Origin: Planctomycetota bacterium
Lineage (GTDB): Bacteria; Planctomycetota; Planctomycetia; Planctomycetales; Planctomycetaceae
DNA: 45,940 nt
Reading direction: 5' to 3'
NCBI GenBank assembly: GCA_021781115.1
Contig: JAJXXL010000591.1
Span: 1 to 45,940, forward strand
Below are positions 37,057-45,940 of the stretch, one piece after another; position 1 is the stretch's first letter, and the number at the start of each line of letters is the position of its first letter. The notes beneath the pieces were generated by a model. The model saw nothing but the letters and a program-made list of their open reading frames with translations, was not told the origin of the DNA and ran no database searches. Made by a program: the position numbers and the translations under genes.

Positions 37057-38370
37057 ATGAACACCGCGTCGGATTCTGAGCCTGAAATCGTCGTTCACTC
37101 GCATTCTGGCCATGACCCGTACGCCGCCCTGCGCCAGCGTGACTTCCAGGTTTACCTGACGGGAAACTTTCTGTCGGTTCTCGGAACACAGATGCAAACG
37201 TTTGCGGTCGGGTGGGAGGTTTACGAACGCACGGGGTCGGCGCTGGCCCTGGCGTGGGTCGGGCTGGCGCAGTTTCTGCCGATCATCACGCTGACCTTGA
37301 CCGGTGGCTACACGGCCGATCGTTACGACCGCAAACCGATCCTGATCATCAGCCTCGTCGCAATCGCCCTGTGTTCGTGCGGTCTGGCGTGGATTTCGAC
37401 GACGCAGGGTTCGATCCTGGCATTGTACGCCTGCCTGTTCGGCGCCGGAATCGCACGGGCATTTCTGCAGCCGGCGAAGTCGGCGTTCCTGCCCCAGTTC
37501 GTGTCCCCGGCCCGGTTCAGCAACGCCGTCACCTGGAACATGGGCGCATTTCAACTTGCCTCGGTGCTGGGACCAGCGCTGGGGGGGGTGGTCGTCAGCC
37601 AGACGCACAGCGCCGCCATCGTGTACCTGCTCGACGCGCTGGCTACGGGGTTGTTCGCCGTGATACTGCCGCTCATCGCCGCGCCGCGGTTCGTGCCCGG
37701 ACCGGTGGCGCCGCGGGCGGCCATGCTGGCGGCCGGGCTGCGGTTTGTGTGGCGCACGAAAGTGATCCTGGCGGCGATGACGCTCGACATGCTGGCCGTG
37801 CTGCTGGGCGGGGCGGTTTCACTCCTGCCGGTGTACGCGAAGGACATTCTTGACGTCGACGCCAACGGCCTGGGGTGGATGCGAACGGCCCCGGCGATCG
37901 GAGCGCTCATCACCTCGTTCGTACTCGCCTACCGTCCCCCGCTGGCCAGGGCGGGCCGCGCACTGTTGTGGGCGGTGGCCGGGTTTGGCGCTGCGACAAT
38001 TGTGTTCGGGCTGTCGCGCTCCTACCCCCTGTCGCTGGCGATGCTGTTTCTGACGGGCGCCTTTGACATCGTCAGTGTGGTTATTCGACATACGCTCGTG
38101 CAACTGCTGACACCCGACGAGATGCGCGGTCGGGTTTCGGCGGTGAACGGCGTGTTCATCAGCGCCTCGAACGAACTCGGCGGGTTCGAATCGGGAATCG
38201 TCGCACACCTCTTTCGCGACAACCACAACCTCACCTGGGGCCCCACCATTTCAGTCGTCAGCGGCGGCATGGGAACACTCGTTGTCGTCGGCATGGTCGC
38301 CTTGCTGTGGCCCGAACTGCGGCGCTACGGCCGCCTGACGGGCAGCCCGCAACCGGATAAATCCCCTTGA
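37057..38370 (+). CDS. MFS transporter (EntS/MFS_3-like)
   Basis: 437 aa with about 12 hydrophobic segments. The loop 2-3 motif GGYTADRYDRKPILI is typical of MFS. Confidence 0.85.
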   Translation: MNTASDSEPEIVVHSHSGHDPYAALRQRDFQVYLTGNFLSVLGTQMQTFAVGWEVYERTGSALALAWVGLAQFLPIITLTLTGGYTADRYDRKPILIISLVAIALCSCGLAWISTTQGSILALYACLFGAGIARAFLQPAKSAFLPQFVSPARFSNAVTWNMGAFQLASVLGPALGGVVVSQTHSAAIVYLLDALATGLFAVILPLIAAPRFVPGPVAPRAAMLAAGLRFVWRTKVILAAMTLDMLAVLLGGAVSLLPVYAKDILDVDANGLGWMRTAPAIGALITSFVLAYRPPLARAGRALLWAVAGFGAATIVFGLSRSYPLSLAMLFLTGAFDIVSVVIRHTLVQLLTPDEMRGRVSAVNGVFISASNELGGFESGIVAHLFRDNHNLTWGPTISVVSGGMGTLVVVGMVALLWPELRRYGRLTGSPQPDKSP

Positions 38371-38400
38371 ACGCGGGCAATTTACGTGCGAAATCGGGCA

Positions 38401-41400
38401 TCAAGGCTGCCGCAGCGCACGCAACCCGAACCGGACCTCAGAAGCCACGACGGCCGGCGACGGAGTGCCGGTCAGGCCGCGCAGGTACGCCGTCACCCCT
38501 GGAGCGCCGCGGGCAATCAGGCCGTCGAGAGCGCCCGCCCGCAACCAGACGTTGTCGCTGGCCAGCAAACCGGCCGCCGGAGGACGCGCGGGGTCGCCGC
38601 CGATCATGCCCAATGCCCGAGCCGCGGCAAACCCGTACGCCATGCCGATCGGCCCCCAGGTCTTGGGCCAGGTCGTTTCGACAGCGAAGCGGTCGAGCGT
38701 CTCGGCGGCAGCATCGGCCCTGAGCCGCCCCAAGGCATCGGCCGCCCAGTAAAAACCCACGGTATCGGCCGCCTCGACATACAGGGGCAGCTTGTGCACA
38801 AGCTGCGCAATGAATCGCTCGTCGCCGCGCGCCGCGATGAATCTTGCCGCGAGATAATGCGCATATGGGTAGGGGCTGTCGAGCGCAGCGGCCAGGGCCT
38901 GATCGAGTTCGGCGTTCGCCGGGTAACGCACCGCCCCGTCATTGTCGAGCACTTTGGCCAGCGCATGCGCATCGACGATTCGCATGCGCTCGGCGTTGCG
39001 GGCAAACGTGTTGCCCACGCTGGCGTAACACGTCGCGTCAACCGCCGACTGCAATGCCCGCACTGCTGCCCCTGGATCGGCCGGGTCCAGGTCGATCTTT
39101 CCTGCGAGAAACTGGGGGTCGGGGGTATGGTCGGCAAAGGCATAGGCGCCAGGGGCAGCCGTACCCGGCGCCAAGGGTTGCCAAGCCGGCAACTCGATCA
39201 CGCAGAGCCGGCCGGCGAGCAGTTCCTTGCCGACGATCTGAACGGTGGCGTGTGCCGCTTCGCGATGCACGCTGAACAGCGGGTCGTGCGATAACTGCGT
39301 CAGCAACTCGCGTGCGATGTTGTCATTGGTGGCCCGAAAGCCCAATCCCAGCGCCAACCCCAGCCGAACGTCGCGGTAGGTCGCCGGGTCGTCGGCCAGT
39401 GGAACCAGTGATTGAAGATTGGCGGCGTGTGCCGCCAAGGCCATGCTGAAGTACGCCTTGTCGCGGTAGTTTTCATCGAACCGCCCCTTGCCAATGCTCC
39501 AGATTTCACGAAAGGCATACGGGCGACGGATTTCCTCGAGCAAGACCTGTTCTGCGGCGGGGCTGAACCCCCACAACCGCAGGACAACGGCGGCTTCGAT
39601 TCGTTCGCGTGCAGCGGTTTCGCGGTCAGAGCGGTTCGGGGCGGTACGCAGGAGCTCAATGATTTGCGGTTCAGGAATCTCGGCCCGGCTTACCGCCAGA
39701 CAGGCCAACAGGTGCAGCGCTTCCTGGGCGTCGAGCCGGGCCTTGACGGGAAACGGGTGCCCATGTTCGGAATAGGGACGGTCAAGGTTGATTCCCGCCA
39801 GCAATTGGCGATAGAGGGGCGAATCGGCGGCAGCCGCGCCCCGCAGCACGTCGGCGGCGATATGGGTTGCCGGCTGCCGCAGGCCGGCGCGCTCCAGCAG
39901 AATTCGGGGCAGCGCCACGCGTTGGGATTCATCCTTTGTGCGATCTTCGAACCGGGGTTTTTCGCCGAACGTCGAGGGCAGCAGGGCGACGAGGAGCGGA
40001 ACCTGTTCAAACTTGGGCACAGCGCCGGCAGAGATCAGCGCCCGGAGATAGGTGTACTCTTCAGGGCGCGGGCCGGTTTGATAATGCCGGCTGGCAACGG
40101 GGGCCTTGTTGGGTACGGCGACAGCCAGTGCTTGCCACAGCGCAGCGACAGCCGCTTCGTCGCCGATTCGCCCCAGCGCCCACGCGGCTTCCTTCGCCAG
40201 CATTGTTCCCTGAAATTCCCGTTGCAGGGCGTCGTCGCTGTCAGGGGTGGCCTCTTCGACTTGCACCCGCGCGCCGCGAATCAGCCACGGAGCAACCAAC
40301 CCCACGGCCTGCGAATCGGCCAGCAGGCCCGCCGCCCGCACCACGGCGACAGGCGGCGGCTCTGCCGCCAGCAGAGTGCGGATCAACGCTAGCCAGCCGG
40401 GTCGCGCAAGGGCTGCGATTTCCTGCGCGGCCGGTTCGGCGAGCCAGCGTGTGCGCCCGACCGCGTCAAGCCAGGCGTCGCGCGCAAATTCGTCGTTCGG
40501 CGCTGGGCCGCGGGCGGCCAGCGACTTGACGAACCCCGCAACTGAGCCGGTTTGCCGCCACCAGGCGCGCCACACGGGTGGAGCCGTCTTGACGTCGGCT
40601 TTCAGGCCCAGGTTGTCGCCAGTGATCGCTTCCAGGGCCATTGACGCATAATGTACGGTTTGCCAGTCGGTGTCATCGAGCGCCCGCACGAGCGCGGGAA
40701 TCTGGTCAGCCGAGCCGGTCATCGCCAGCGTATGCGCCGCCTGCCGGCGAACGTCGCTCGCCGGGTCGGCCAGCAGCAGGACAAACCGGGCGCGATCAAC
40801 GGACGTGATTTCATCGGGCAGGTAGCCCAGCATTTCCAGCCCCCGGCGGCGAACCTCGGCCAGCGGCGATTCGAGCCAGCCGCGATACCGTGGCGATTGC
40901 GTAATTTGCGCCTGCCGGCGATATTCGTCGGGGTCATTGCGGCGGTAGCTCAGGTCGGTGCTGTCGCGGACGATGCGGGGCAGCAACAGTTCGAGCGCCT
41001 GCATCGAAACATTTGGTACCGCTTCGCCCGGTGAAACGTGGCAACCGAAACACGATTTGACCTCTCCCGCACGGGCCGTCATGTAGCCCCTCTGCGTGAC
41101 GAGCCGATTGCCGCGGGCGTCGAGCGTTTCGAGAAACAGCGGCGTTTCGGCCGGGGCCTCAAACGCAATCGAACCATCGAACTGAATCGGCACGGTTCCC
41201 AGAATTCGAGTTTCAAGACTCGTGTGGCTGGATACCGCCAGGTCGGTGTATTCGGCAGCCAGCATCCGCACGAATCGCGCCCGCTCATTCAACTTGTCGC
41301 GCGCGGGCGAGTCGCTGCGTCCTGCCGCGGCGACTACAAATGTGGCCCAGGCCGACGCCGCGTCGCGCGCCTTGTCGGGCAAAATATGCGGCACGGGGCG

Positions 41401-42558
41401 GGGCACGCCGATTGGCACCGGATCCCACTCGCTGAGGTTGGGGCGATCATAAAGCAATTGTACTTCGCGCGTTTCAGTCTGAACCACGTACAACCCGAAG
41501 TCGCGGCTGCCGGGCAAGGTGGCCGCCATGAGAAACCGGCCGTCGGGCAGCGGGTACGGAGTGCTGCGCGTGCCCAGCGGCGACAAATGCGCCGTATGCG
41601 TCGTGCCTCCGATCTGGGCCGAGACTGTGGCTGGAAACACCGGCTCCAGTGCGCGGGCCAGCGGCGCGGCCTGATCGGGGTCATAAATCGAAGGCCCCAT
41701 CTCGCTTTGCACGAGAATTCGCCCGTCAGGCAACTCGCCCGGTTTGGTCAGCCCGATCGAAGCGTGCCGCGTGCGATTGTAAAACCTGTACTCGCCCGCG
41801 CCAAAAAACGGACGCTCTTCAGTGCCATCGGGCCGCAGCGTGACGAGGTAGGTTTCATGCTTGAGGAACGGCGGAACCGAAATGTGAAACGCGTCCCAGA
41901 AGGAGCACAGGATCAGCCCGTTTTGCAGCACCGTCGGCTCAAAATAGATACCGGGCGTGAATGTCAGTTGCTGCATCTGCCTGCCGTTTGCGTCGATGCG
42001 AAACAAAAACTCGCTCCGCTCTTCGTGATATTCGTCAAGCACGCCCGAGCGGTCGGAACAGAAGACAATTCTTCCGTCAGGCAGGTATGCACCGGACACG
42101 TCATTGAACGGGCCATCGGTCAGTTGCCGCAGGCCCGAACCATCGATGCCGATTTCAAACAGGTGGTACCAGTCCTCGCCGTCCTTGCGCATCGAAAACA
42201 GCAGTTTGCGGCCGCTGAAGTCAGGCTCGGGGTCGTACACGCTGCCAGTCTTGAGAAACGTCAACTGGGTGACGCGCCCCTCAGGACCGGCCGGCGAAAC
42301 CGAATACAGGTTGCGCCCCGGGCGCGGGGCGCTGTGGGTCCGCTCCCAGGCGTTGTTCGTCGCCCCCTTGGGGTACACGTAACCGTCGCGCCAGTGGTAC
42401 GACCCTGCCGCGTCGCCTTGCACCGGCTCGACCACCGGCCCCCCGACGAATGCCACGCCCGGCAGGCCCGCCGGGCCGGCAGCCTCAGTGCGGCCAACAC
42501 CCGCCAGACCCACAATGCCGTAAACCAGGCCGGCAGCCAACAATCGCCAGTGGTGCAT
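38401..42558 (-). CDS. Large secreted protein: TolB/PD40-like beta-propeller region, single CxxCH motif, long HEAT/ARM-like repeat region
   Basis: 1385 aa. AAGGAGG lies 8 nt upstream of the ATG at 42558, followed by the signal peptide MHHWRLLAAGLVYGIVGLAGVG. PD40-like strands (...LLFSMRKDGEDWYHLFEIGIDGSGLRQLTDGPFNDVSGAYLPDGRIVFCSDR...). A CFGCH heme-binding-type motif. HEAT-like units (DPASDVRRQAAHTLAMTGSADQIPALVRALDDTDWQTVHYASMALEAI). Confidence 0.8.
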   Translation of the reverse strand: MHHWRLLAAGLVYGIVGLAGVGRTEAAGPAGLPGVAFVGGPVVEPVQGDAAGSYHWRDGYVYPKGATNNAWERTHSAPRPGRNLYSVSPAGPEGRVTQLTFLKTGSVYDPEPDFSGRKLLFSMRKDGEDWYHLFEIGIDGSGLRQLTDGPFNDVSGAYLPDGRIVFCSDRSGVLDEYHEERSEFLFRIDANGRQMQQLTFTPGIYFEPTVLQNGLILCSFWDAFHISVPPFLKHETYLVTLRPDGTEERPFFGAGEYRFYNRTRHASIGLTKPGELPDGRILVQSEMGPSIYDPDQAAPLARALEPVFPATVSAQIGGTTHTAHLSPLGTRSTPYPLPDGRFLMAATLPGSRDFGLYVVQTETREVQLLYDRPNLSEWDPVPIGVPRPVPHILPDKARDAASAWATFVVAAAGRSDSPARDKLNERARFVRMLAAEYTDLAVSSHTSLETRILGTVPIQFDGSIAFEAPAETPLFLETLDARGNRLVTQRGYMTARAGEVKSCFGCHVSPGEAVPNVSMQALELLLPRIVRDSTDLSYRRNDPDEYRRQAQITQSPRYRGWLESPLAEVRRRGLEMLGYLPDEITSVDRARFVLLLADPASDVRRQAAHTLAMTGSADQIPALVRALDDTDWQTVHYASMALEAITGDNLGLKADVKTAPPVWRAWWRQTGSVAGFVKSLAARGPAPNDEFARDAWLDAVGRTRWLAEPAAQEIAALARPGWLALIRTLLAAEPPPVAVVRAAGLLADSQAVGLVAPWLIRGARVQVEEATPDSDDALQREFQGTMLAKEAAWALGRIGDEAAVAALWQALAVAVPNKAPVASRHYQTGPRPEEYTYLRALISAGAVPKFEQVPLLVALLPSTFGEKPRFEDRTKDESQRVALPRILLERAGLRQPATHIAADVLRGAAAADSPLYRQLLAGINLDRPYSEHGHPFPVKARLDAQEALHLLACLAVSRAEIPEPQIIELLRTAPNRSDRETAARERIEAAVVLRLWGFSPAAEQVLLEEIRRPYAFREIWSIGKGRFDENYRDKAYFSMALAAHAANLQSLVPLADDPATYRDVRLGLALGLGFRATNDNIARELLTQLSHDPLFSVHREAAHATVQIVGKELLAGRLCVIELPAWQPLAPGTAAPGAYAFADHTPDPQFLAGKIDLDPADPGAAVRALQSAVDATCYASVGNTFARNAERMRIVDAHALAKVLDNDGAVRYPANAELDQALAAALDSPYPYAHYLAARFIAARGDERFIAQLVHKLPLYVEAADTVGFYWAADALGRLRADAAAETLDRFAVETTWPKTWGPIGMAYGFAAARALGMIGGDPARPPAAGLLASDNVWLRAGALDGLIARGAPGVTAYLRGLTGTPSPAVVASEVRFGLRALRQP

Positions 42559-42585
42559 CGCCGGGCCTCCTTGACGCCGCGCCGC

Positions 42586-45500
42586 TCATTTGGCCGCGGG
42601 TTTCAACGTTTGCAGGAATTCAATGACGTCGATCAGCTCGTCGGCGCTCATTTCCTTTTGCAGGTCGGCGGGCATCAGCGACACACTTTGCTTCGAGATC
42701 TCTTCGATTTCCGATTTGTTGTATGTGCGGACCAGCGCGTCGGCGCCCTTCAGTGAAATGGTTTCGGGGGTTTGCGAGGCCATCAGGCCGCTCACCACGT
42801 TGCCGCTCTTCAATTCGACTGCGTATGTTTCGAAATTCAGGCTGATGCCGGCACTCGGGTACAGAATTGACTCAAACATCGCTTCGCGGCTCAATTTGCC
42901 GCCGATTTCCGAAAGGTTGGGGCCGACATCCTTGCCCGCACCACCGGCCACGTGGCACGTAGCACACTTGCCGGTCGAATTGAACACGGTATTGCCGCGG
43001 GCGGCGTCGCCCCGGCGCTTGAGCAGGTCGGCCAGAGGTGGCAGCGGCTGTGAATTGCGTGAAGGCGGCAACGGAAAGACCTGAGCCGCCCGCGATTTGA
43101 GGTCGTTGAAATTCGCCGCGTGCAACGCAAACGCCGCCGTTTGCATGAGCGCTGGGTCGAGCCGTTTCGCCTCGGCCCGGTTCAGCAGCCCGATTGCGCC
43201 GTTATGCGATTTTGCCAACCCCTTTACGGCCTCCTGCCGAACTTCCAGCGGCCGCCCGGAATCCTCGATCAGTTTTTCGAGATACGCCGCAGCTCGCCCG
43301 TCGCCCGAGTTGCCCACAGCGCGGGCGACTGCGGCGGCGTGCGTGGCGTTGGCGTCGCCCAGAGCGGTGGCGATCAGCCGGGCCTGCTGCCGGGCCAGCA
43401 GCACCCGCACGGCTTCGACGCCCAACTGGCTGTCGGGATTGTCGCGGGCCAGAGCCAGGAGCTGGGGAAAGCGTTCAGTGATATTGAACTTGTCGACCAG
43501 CGTCACGAACTGCACGCTGCCCTGTGTCTGTTCAAGAGCACGTTCGACCGCCGCTTTTTGGGCTGGGTTGGCATTCAGATCGCCCCCCTTGAGTCGCTCG
43601 ATTGCTTCCGTGACAATATACGCCTGCTTCGCGTCGTCGGGCGAACGTGTGGCAAAGGCCAGTTGCACAACCGCCGCGTCTTTTTCAGCCCCCGACAGAA
43701 AGTCAAACGCCCGAAAATAGCGCGGCAGCTCGCTTTTGGCGGTCGCCGGGTCGGAAATGATTTTCACCAGGTATTCGGGGCTGACTGCGGCCCGCGAACG
43801 CCACACAATATCGCGGCCGGCGGCCGTGTTCCACTGGTTACTCACCAGTTTCAGCCACGCCCCGAAGAACGCGTCCCACTGGTCTTCGGCGCCAATGCCC
43901 AGCGCCTCGAGATACCAGCGATCCTGCCCGTCGTGCTGTGCCGCCAGTTCGGCCCACAGCCGGGGTGCAGCACTCGCCTTGTTGCCCCGCAGGGCGATGG
44001 CGCATTCGCGGCGGACCTGAGGCGAATCGTCTTTGACAAGTTTTTCGAGATAGGGAATCAGGTCGATGCGCAACTCGCGCAGCGCCCGCAGCCCGGTAAT
44101 TCGCAGGTCAGAGTCTGGGTCGGCCAGCGCCCGTTCGGCGTGCTGGCGACCCCGGCTGGTGAGCTTCGACAACAGCCACAGGGCCCGCGCACGATGCCGG
44201 GGGTCTTCCGAAGATTGATACAGCCCCAGCAGCGCCGGTTCAGCCTGGTCATCCATGGCCCGCAGCGCGGTGTACGCCAGGTAGCGGGCTTCGAGATTGG
44301 GGCTTTGCAGGGCGGCGATGGCGCCGGCGGCCGACTCGAAGTCGTACTTCGGAAGCCTGTATTTTGCGCCGGGCGGGGCGACGCGAAAAATTCGGCCCTT
44401 GTCGATGTCGCCCATGTGGTGCCCACCCACGCCGGGGTCGTACCAGTCAGCCACAATCAATGAGCCGTCGGGCGCCGCGCATACATCCGACGGGCGAAAC
44501 CACTTGTCACGCGCCCCCTCGAGAATGCCGACCATCTTCGCCGCGTACCCCGCGCCGACTTTGACCGCCGGGTACGCCCGGCAGATATTCGGGCCCGCGT
44601 CGCAATGAATCACCTGGTTTTGAAAGGGCTCGGGCAGCAACCGACCTTCGTACACACAAATACCAGTCGGCGAGCCGCCGCCCGTTTGCACGAGGTTTGG
44701 CACGACGCCGGGGTCGTTCAAGTGCCAGTGCCGCAGTGGAATTTCGGCCTCGAGATTTGTGCGGGGCGATTGCCAACCGGCCCCGGTTACTTCGTCGGTG
44801 TAGCCGTAATTGCCGAATTCCATGACGTAGTTGATGCGGACCCCGCGATTGCCGTCGTCGTCGTTGTCAGACTGCCACAGCGTGCCGAACGAATCAACGG
44901 CGACTTCATAATTGTTGCGGAAATTGTGGGCCAGCGTTTCGAATTCGCTGCCGTCGGGGTTGCAGCGAAACACCATACCCTGGCGATACGGCTTGCCATT
45001 GGCTGCCACGATGTTACCTGCCAAATCAGTGATCGGCCGGCCCTCTTTGTCGTGCACCGCCTGCCCCGAATTGCCCACGTTAAAGTACAACTTGCCGTCG
45101 GGGCCAAACACGAACGCGTGCGTCGAATGGTCGTGCTGCGCCTGGCCCACCTTGCTGAACAGCAGTTCCTTGCGGTCGGCCTTGCCGTCGCCATTGTCGT
45201 CGGTAAATACGAACACGTTGGGTGCCACCGACACGATGACACGATTGCCCAACACGCAAATGCCCAGCGCCGAGTCGATGTCGCGGCCCTGGTAAAATAC
45301 TGTCGATTTGTCGGCTTTGCCGTCGTGATCGGAGTCTTCAAGAATCAGAATGCGATCGCCCTCGGGCCGGCTGTTATTGCGGTGCCGGTAGTTCACCACT
45401 TCGCAGACCCACACCCGCCCCAGGTGGTCGACGTCAATGTCAGAAGGGCTGAGCAGCAGCGGTTCCGCTGCAAACAGCGTCGCTTCGAGCCCGGGGGCCA

Positions 45501-45940
45501 CGTCGAGCGCCGCAACGGCCGAATCAGGCGTGCGGTCGTTCGCGGCGGGTTCGGCTGCGGCGCTGCGCGTCGCCGACGCGGGCGGTTTTTCATCGAAGAC
45601 CAAGAATCGCACGGTCGAACCGTTGCCCTGGTTGGCACCGCCATCGTCAAGCCCGGCACGGGCCTTGAACCGCGTGTAGCCCGGCGGAATCGCAAATTCA
45701 ATCAGCGAGTTGGCGTGAGTGCCGATGCCATAGGCCACCGGCTGCCCATCAATTTTCATCGGTTCGCCGCCGGCATTGCGATTCACGCCTACCTTGCCCC
45801 AGTCGGAAACGGCAGAGGTCCAGGTCAAATCGGTCAGCTTTTTTTCGCCGGCCGGGCCGACAAGGCGGGGTTCGGCCCAATCGGCCCAGTCGCAACTGAA
45901 GCTATCGCCCGCATCATTCACCACAAGGTACAACCGGCCT
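42586..45940 (-). CDS. PVC-type heme-binding CxxCH protein: NPCBM-like module, sugar-dehydrogenase-like beta-propeller, HEAT repeats, C-terminal cytochrome c domain (partial; N-terminus beyond the right edge)
   Basis: The frame stays open to position 45940; the track TTG start at 45933 is probably internal. NPCBM-like segment DWADWAEPRLVG...VAYGIGTHANSLIEF. Dehydrogenase-type segment LFAAEPLLLSPSDIDVDHLGRVWVCEV...FGPDGKLYF...APDGSLIVADWYD. HEAT units follow. C-terminal GKCATCHVAGGAGKDVGPNLSEIG...SLMPADL. Confidence 0.88.
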   Translation of the reverse strand, partial: GRLYLVVNDAGDSFSCDWADWAEPRLVGPAGEKKLTDLTWTSAVSDWGKVGVNRNAGGEPMKIDGQPVAYGIGTHANSLIEFAIPPGYTRFKARAGLDDGGANQGNGSTVRFLVFDEKPPASATRSAAAEPAANDRTPDSAVAALDVAPGLEATLFAAEPLLLSPSDIDVDHLGRVWVCEVVNYRHRNNSRPEGDRILILEDSDHDGKADKSTVFYQGRDIDSALGICVLGNRVIVSVAPNVFVFTDDNGDGKADRKELLFSKVGQAQHDHSTHAFVFGPDGKLYFNVGNSGQAVHDKEGRPITDLAGNIVAANGKPYRQGMVFRCNPDGSEFETLAHNFRNNYEVAVDSFGTLWQSDNDDDGNRGVRINYVMEFGNYGYTDEVTGAGWQSPRTNLEAEIPLRHWHLNDPGVVPNLVQTGGGSPTGICVYEGRLLPEPFQNQVIHCDAGPNICRAYPAVKVGAGYAAKMVGILEGARDKWFRPSDVCAAPDGSLIVADWYDPGVGGHHMGDIDKGRIFRVAPPGAKYRLPKYDFESAAGAIAALQSPNLEARYLAYTALRAMDDQAEPALLGLYQSSEDPRHRARALWLLSKLTSRGRQHAERALADPDSDLRITGLRALRELRIDLIPYLEKLVKDDSPQVRRECAIALRGNKASAAPRLWAELAAQHDGQDRWYLEALGIGAEDQWDAFFGAWLKLVSNQWNTAAGRDIVWRSRAAVSPEYLVKIISDPATAKSELPRYFRAFDFLSGAEKDAAVVQLAFATRSPDDAKQAYIVTEAIERLKGGDLNANPAQKAAVERALEQTQGSVQFVTLVDKFNITERFPQLLALARDNPDSQLGVEAVRVLLARQQARLIATALGDANATHAAAVARAVGNSGDGRAAAYLEKLIEDSGRPLEVRQEAVKGLAKSHNGAIGLLNRAEAKRLDPALMQTAAFALHAANFNDLKSRAAQVFPLPPSRNSQPLPPLADLLKRRGDAARGNTVFNSTGKCATCHVAGGAGKDVGPNLSEIGGKLSREAMFESILYPSAGISLNFETYAVELKSGNVVSGLMASQTPETISLKGADALVRTYNKSEIEEISKQSVSLMPADLQKEMSADELIDVIEFLQTLKPAAK

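Noticed and set aside
41038-42756. 572-aa plus-strand ORF opposite the giant HEAT/propeller gene, with similar cases at 43120..44463, 39412..40392, 29880..31610(-), 33997..35175, 6038..7072 and 11456..12475
   Set aside because: All are antisense to genes with strong family motifs and are Arg-rich and low in Lys, Asn and Ile. None shows a recognisable domain. I treat them as GC-driven artefacts.

Overview
High-GC (about 60-65%) bacterial chromosomal window. The gene families point to Planctomycetota/PVC: a PSCyt/DUF1549/DUF1553 plus DUF1501 pair, a PVC-type heme-binding CxxCH dehydrogenase, HEAT-repeat giants and secretin-N-like repeat proteins. Layout: (1) Positions 1-12454, minus strand, hold a flagellar core operon: TPR protein, FlgN-like, flgB, flgC, fliE, fliF, fliG, fliH, fliI, fliJ, ylxF/MotE-like, fliK. 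fliK runs off the left edge, so it is missing from the supplied ORF track. (2) 12.7-15.3 kb holds an orphan TolC-family outer-membrane factor followed by a small Cys/Met/Gly-rich lipoprotein. (3) 15.7-16.6 kb holds tRNA-Lys(TTT) and tRNA-Met(CAT). Between them lie a frameshifted, truncated tyrosine-recombinase remnant and an AT-rich patch of phased direct repeats. (4) 17.1-25.3 kb is housekeeping and secreted proteins: nadE, nadK, phytase-like esterase, secretin-N-like repeat protein, metallophosphoesterase, argG. (5) 25.5-26.1 kb holds a two-gene toxin-antitoxin-like module whose PIN-like gene is broken by two frameshift lesions. (6) 26.4-36.7 kb holds DUF885, PSCyt/DUF1553, DUF1501, a GH32 fructosidase and an HD-GYP protein. 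(7) 37-45.9 kb holds an MFS transporter and two very large co-transcribed extracytoplasmic proteins; the second runs off the right edge. I see no CRISPR array, rRNA, intact transposase or recognisable phage-defence system. The best candidates for uncharacterised biology are the decayed PIN module with its intact partner, the TPR/FlgN-like head of the flagellar operon, the cusC-cusF-like pair without a pump, the tRNA-associated integrase remnant with its repeats, and the giant heme/HEAT pair. The ORF track uses alternative start codons, so many 5' ends are over-extended. Most long ORFs antisense to real genes are Arg/Pro-rich GC-shadow artefacts.
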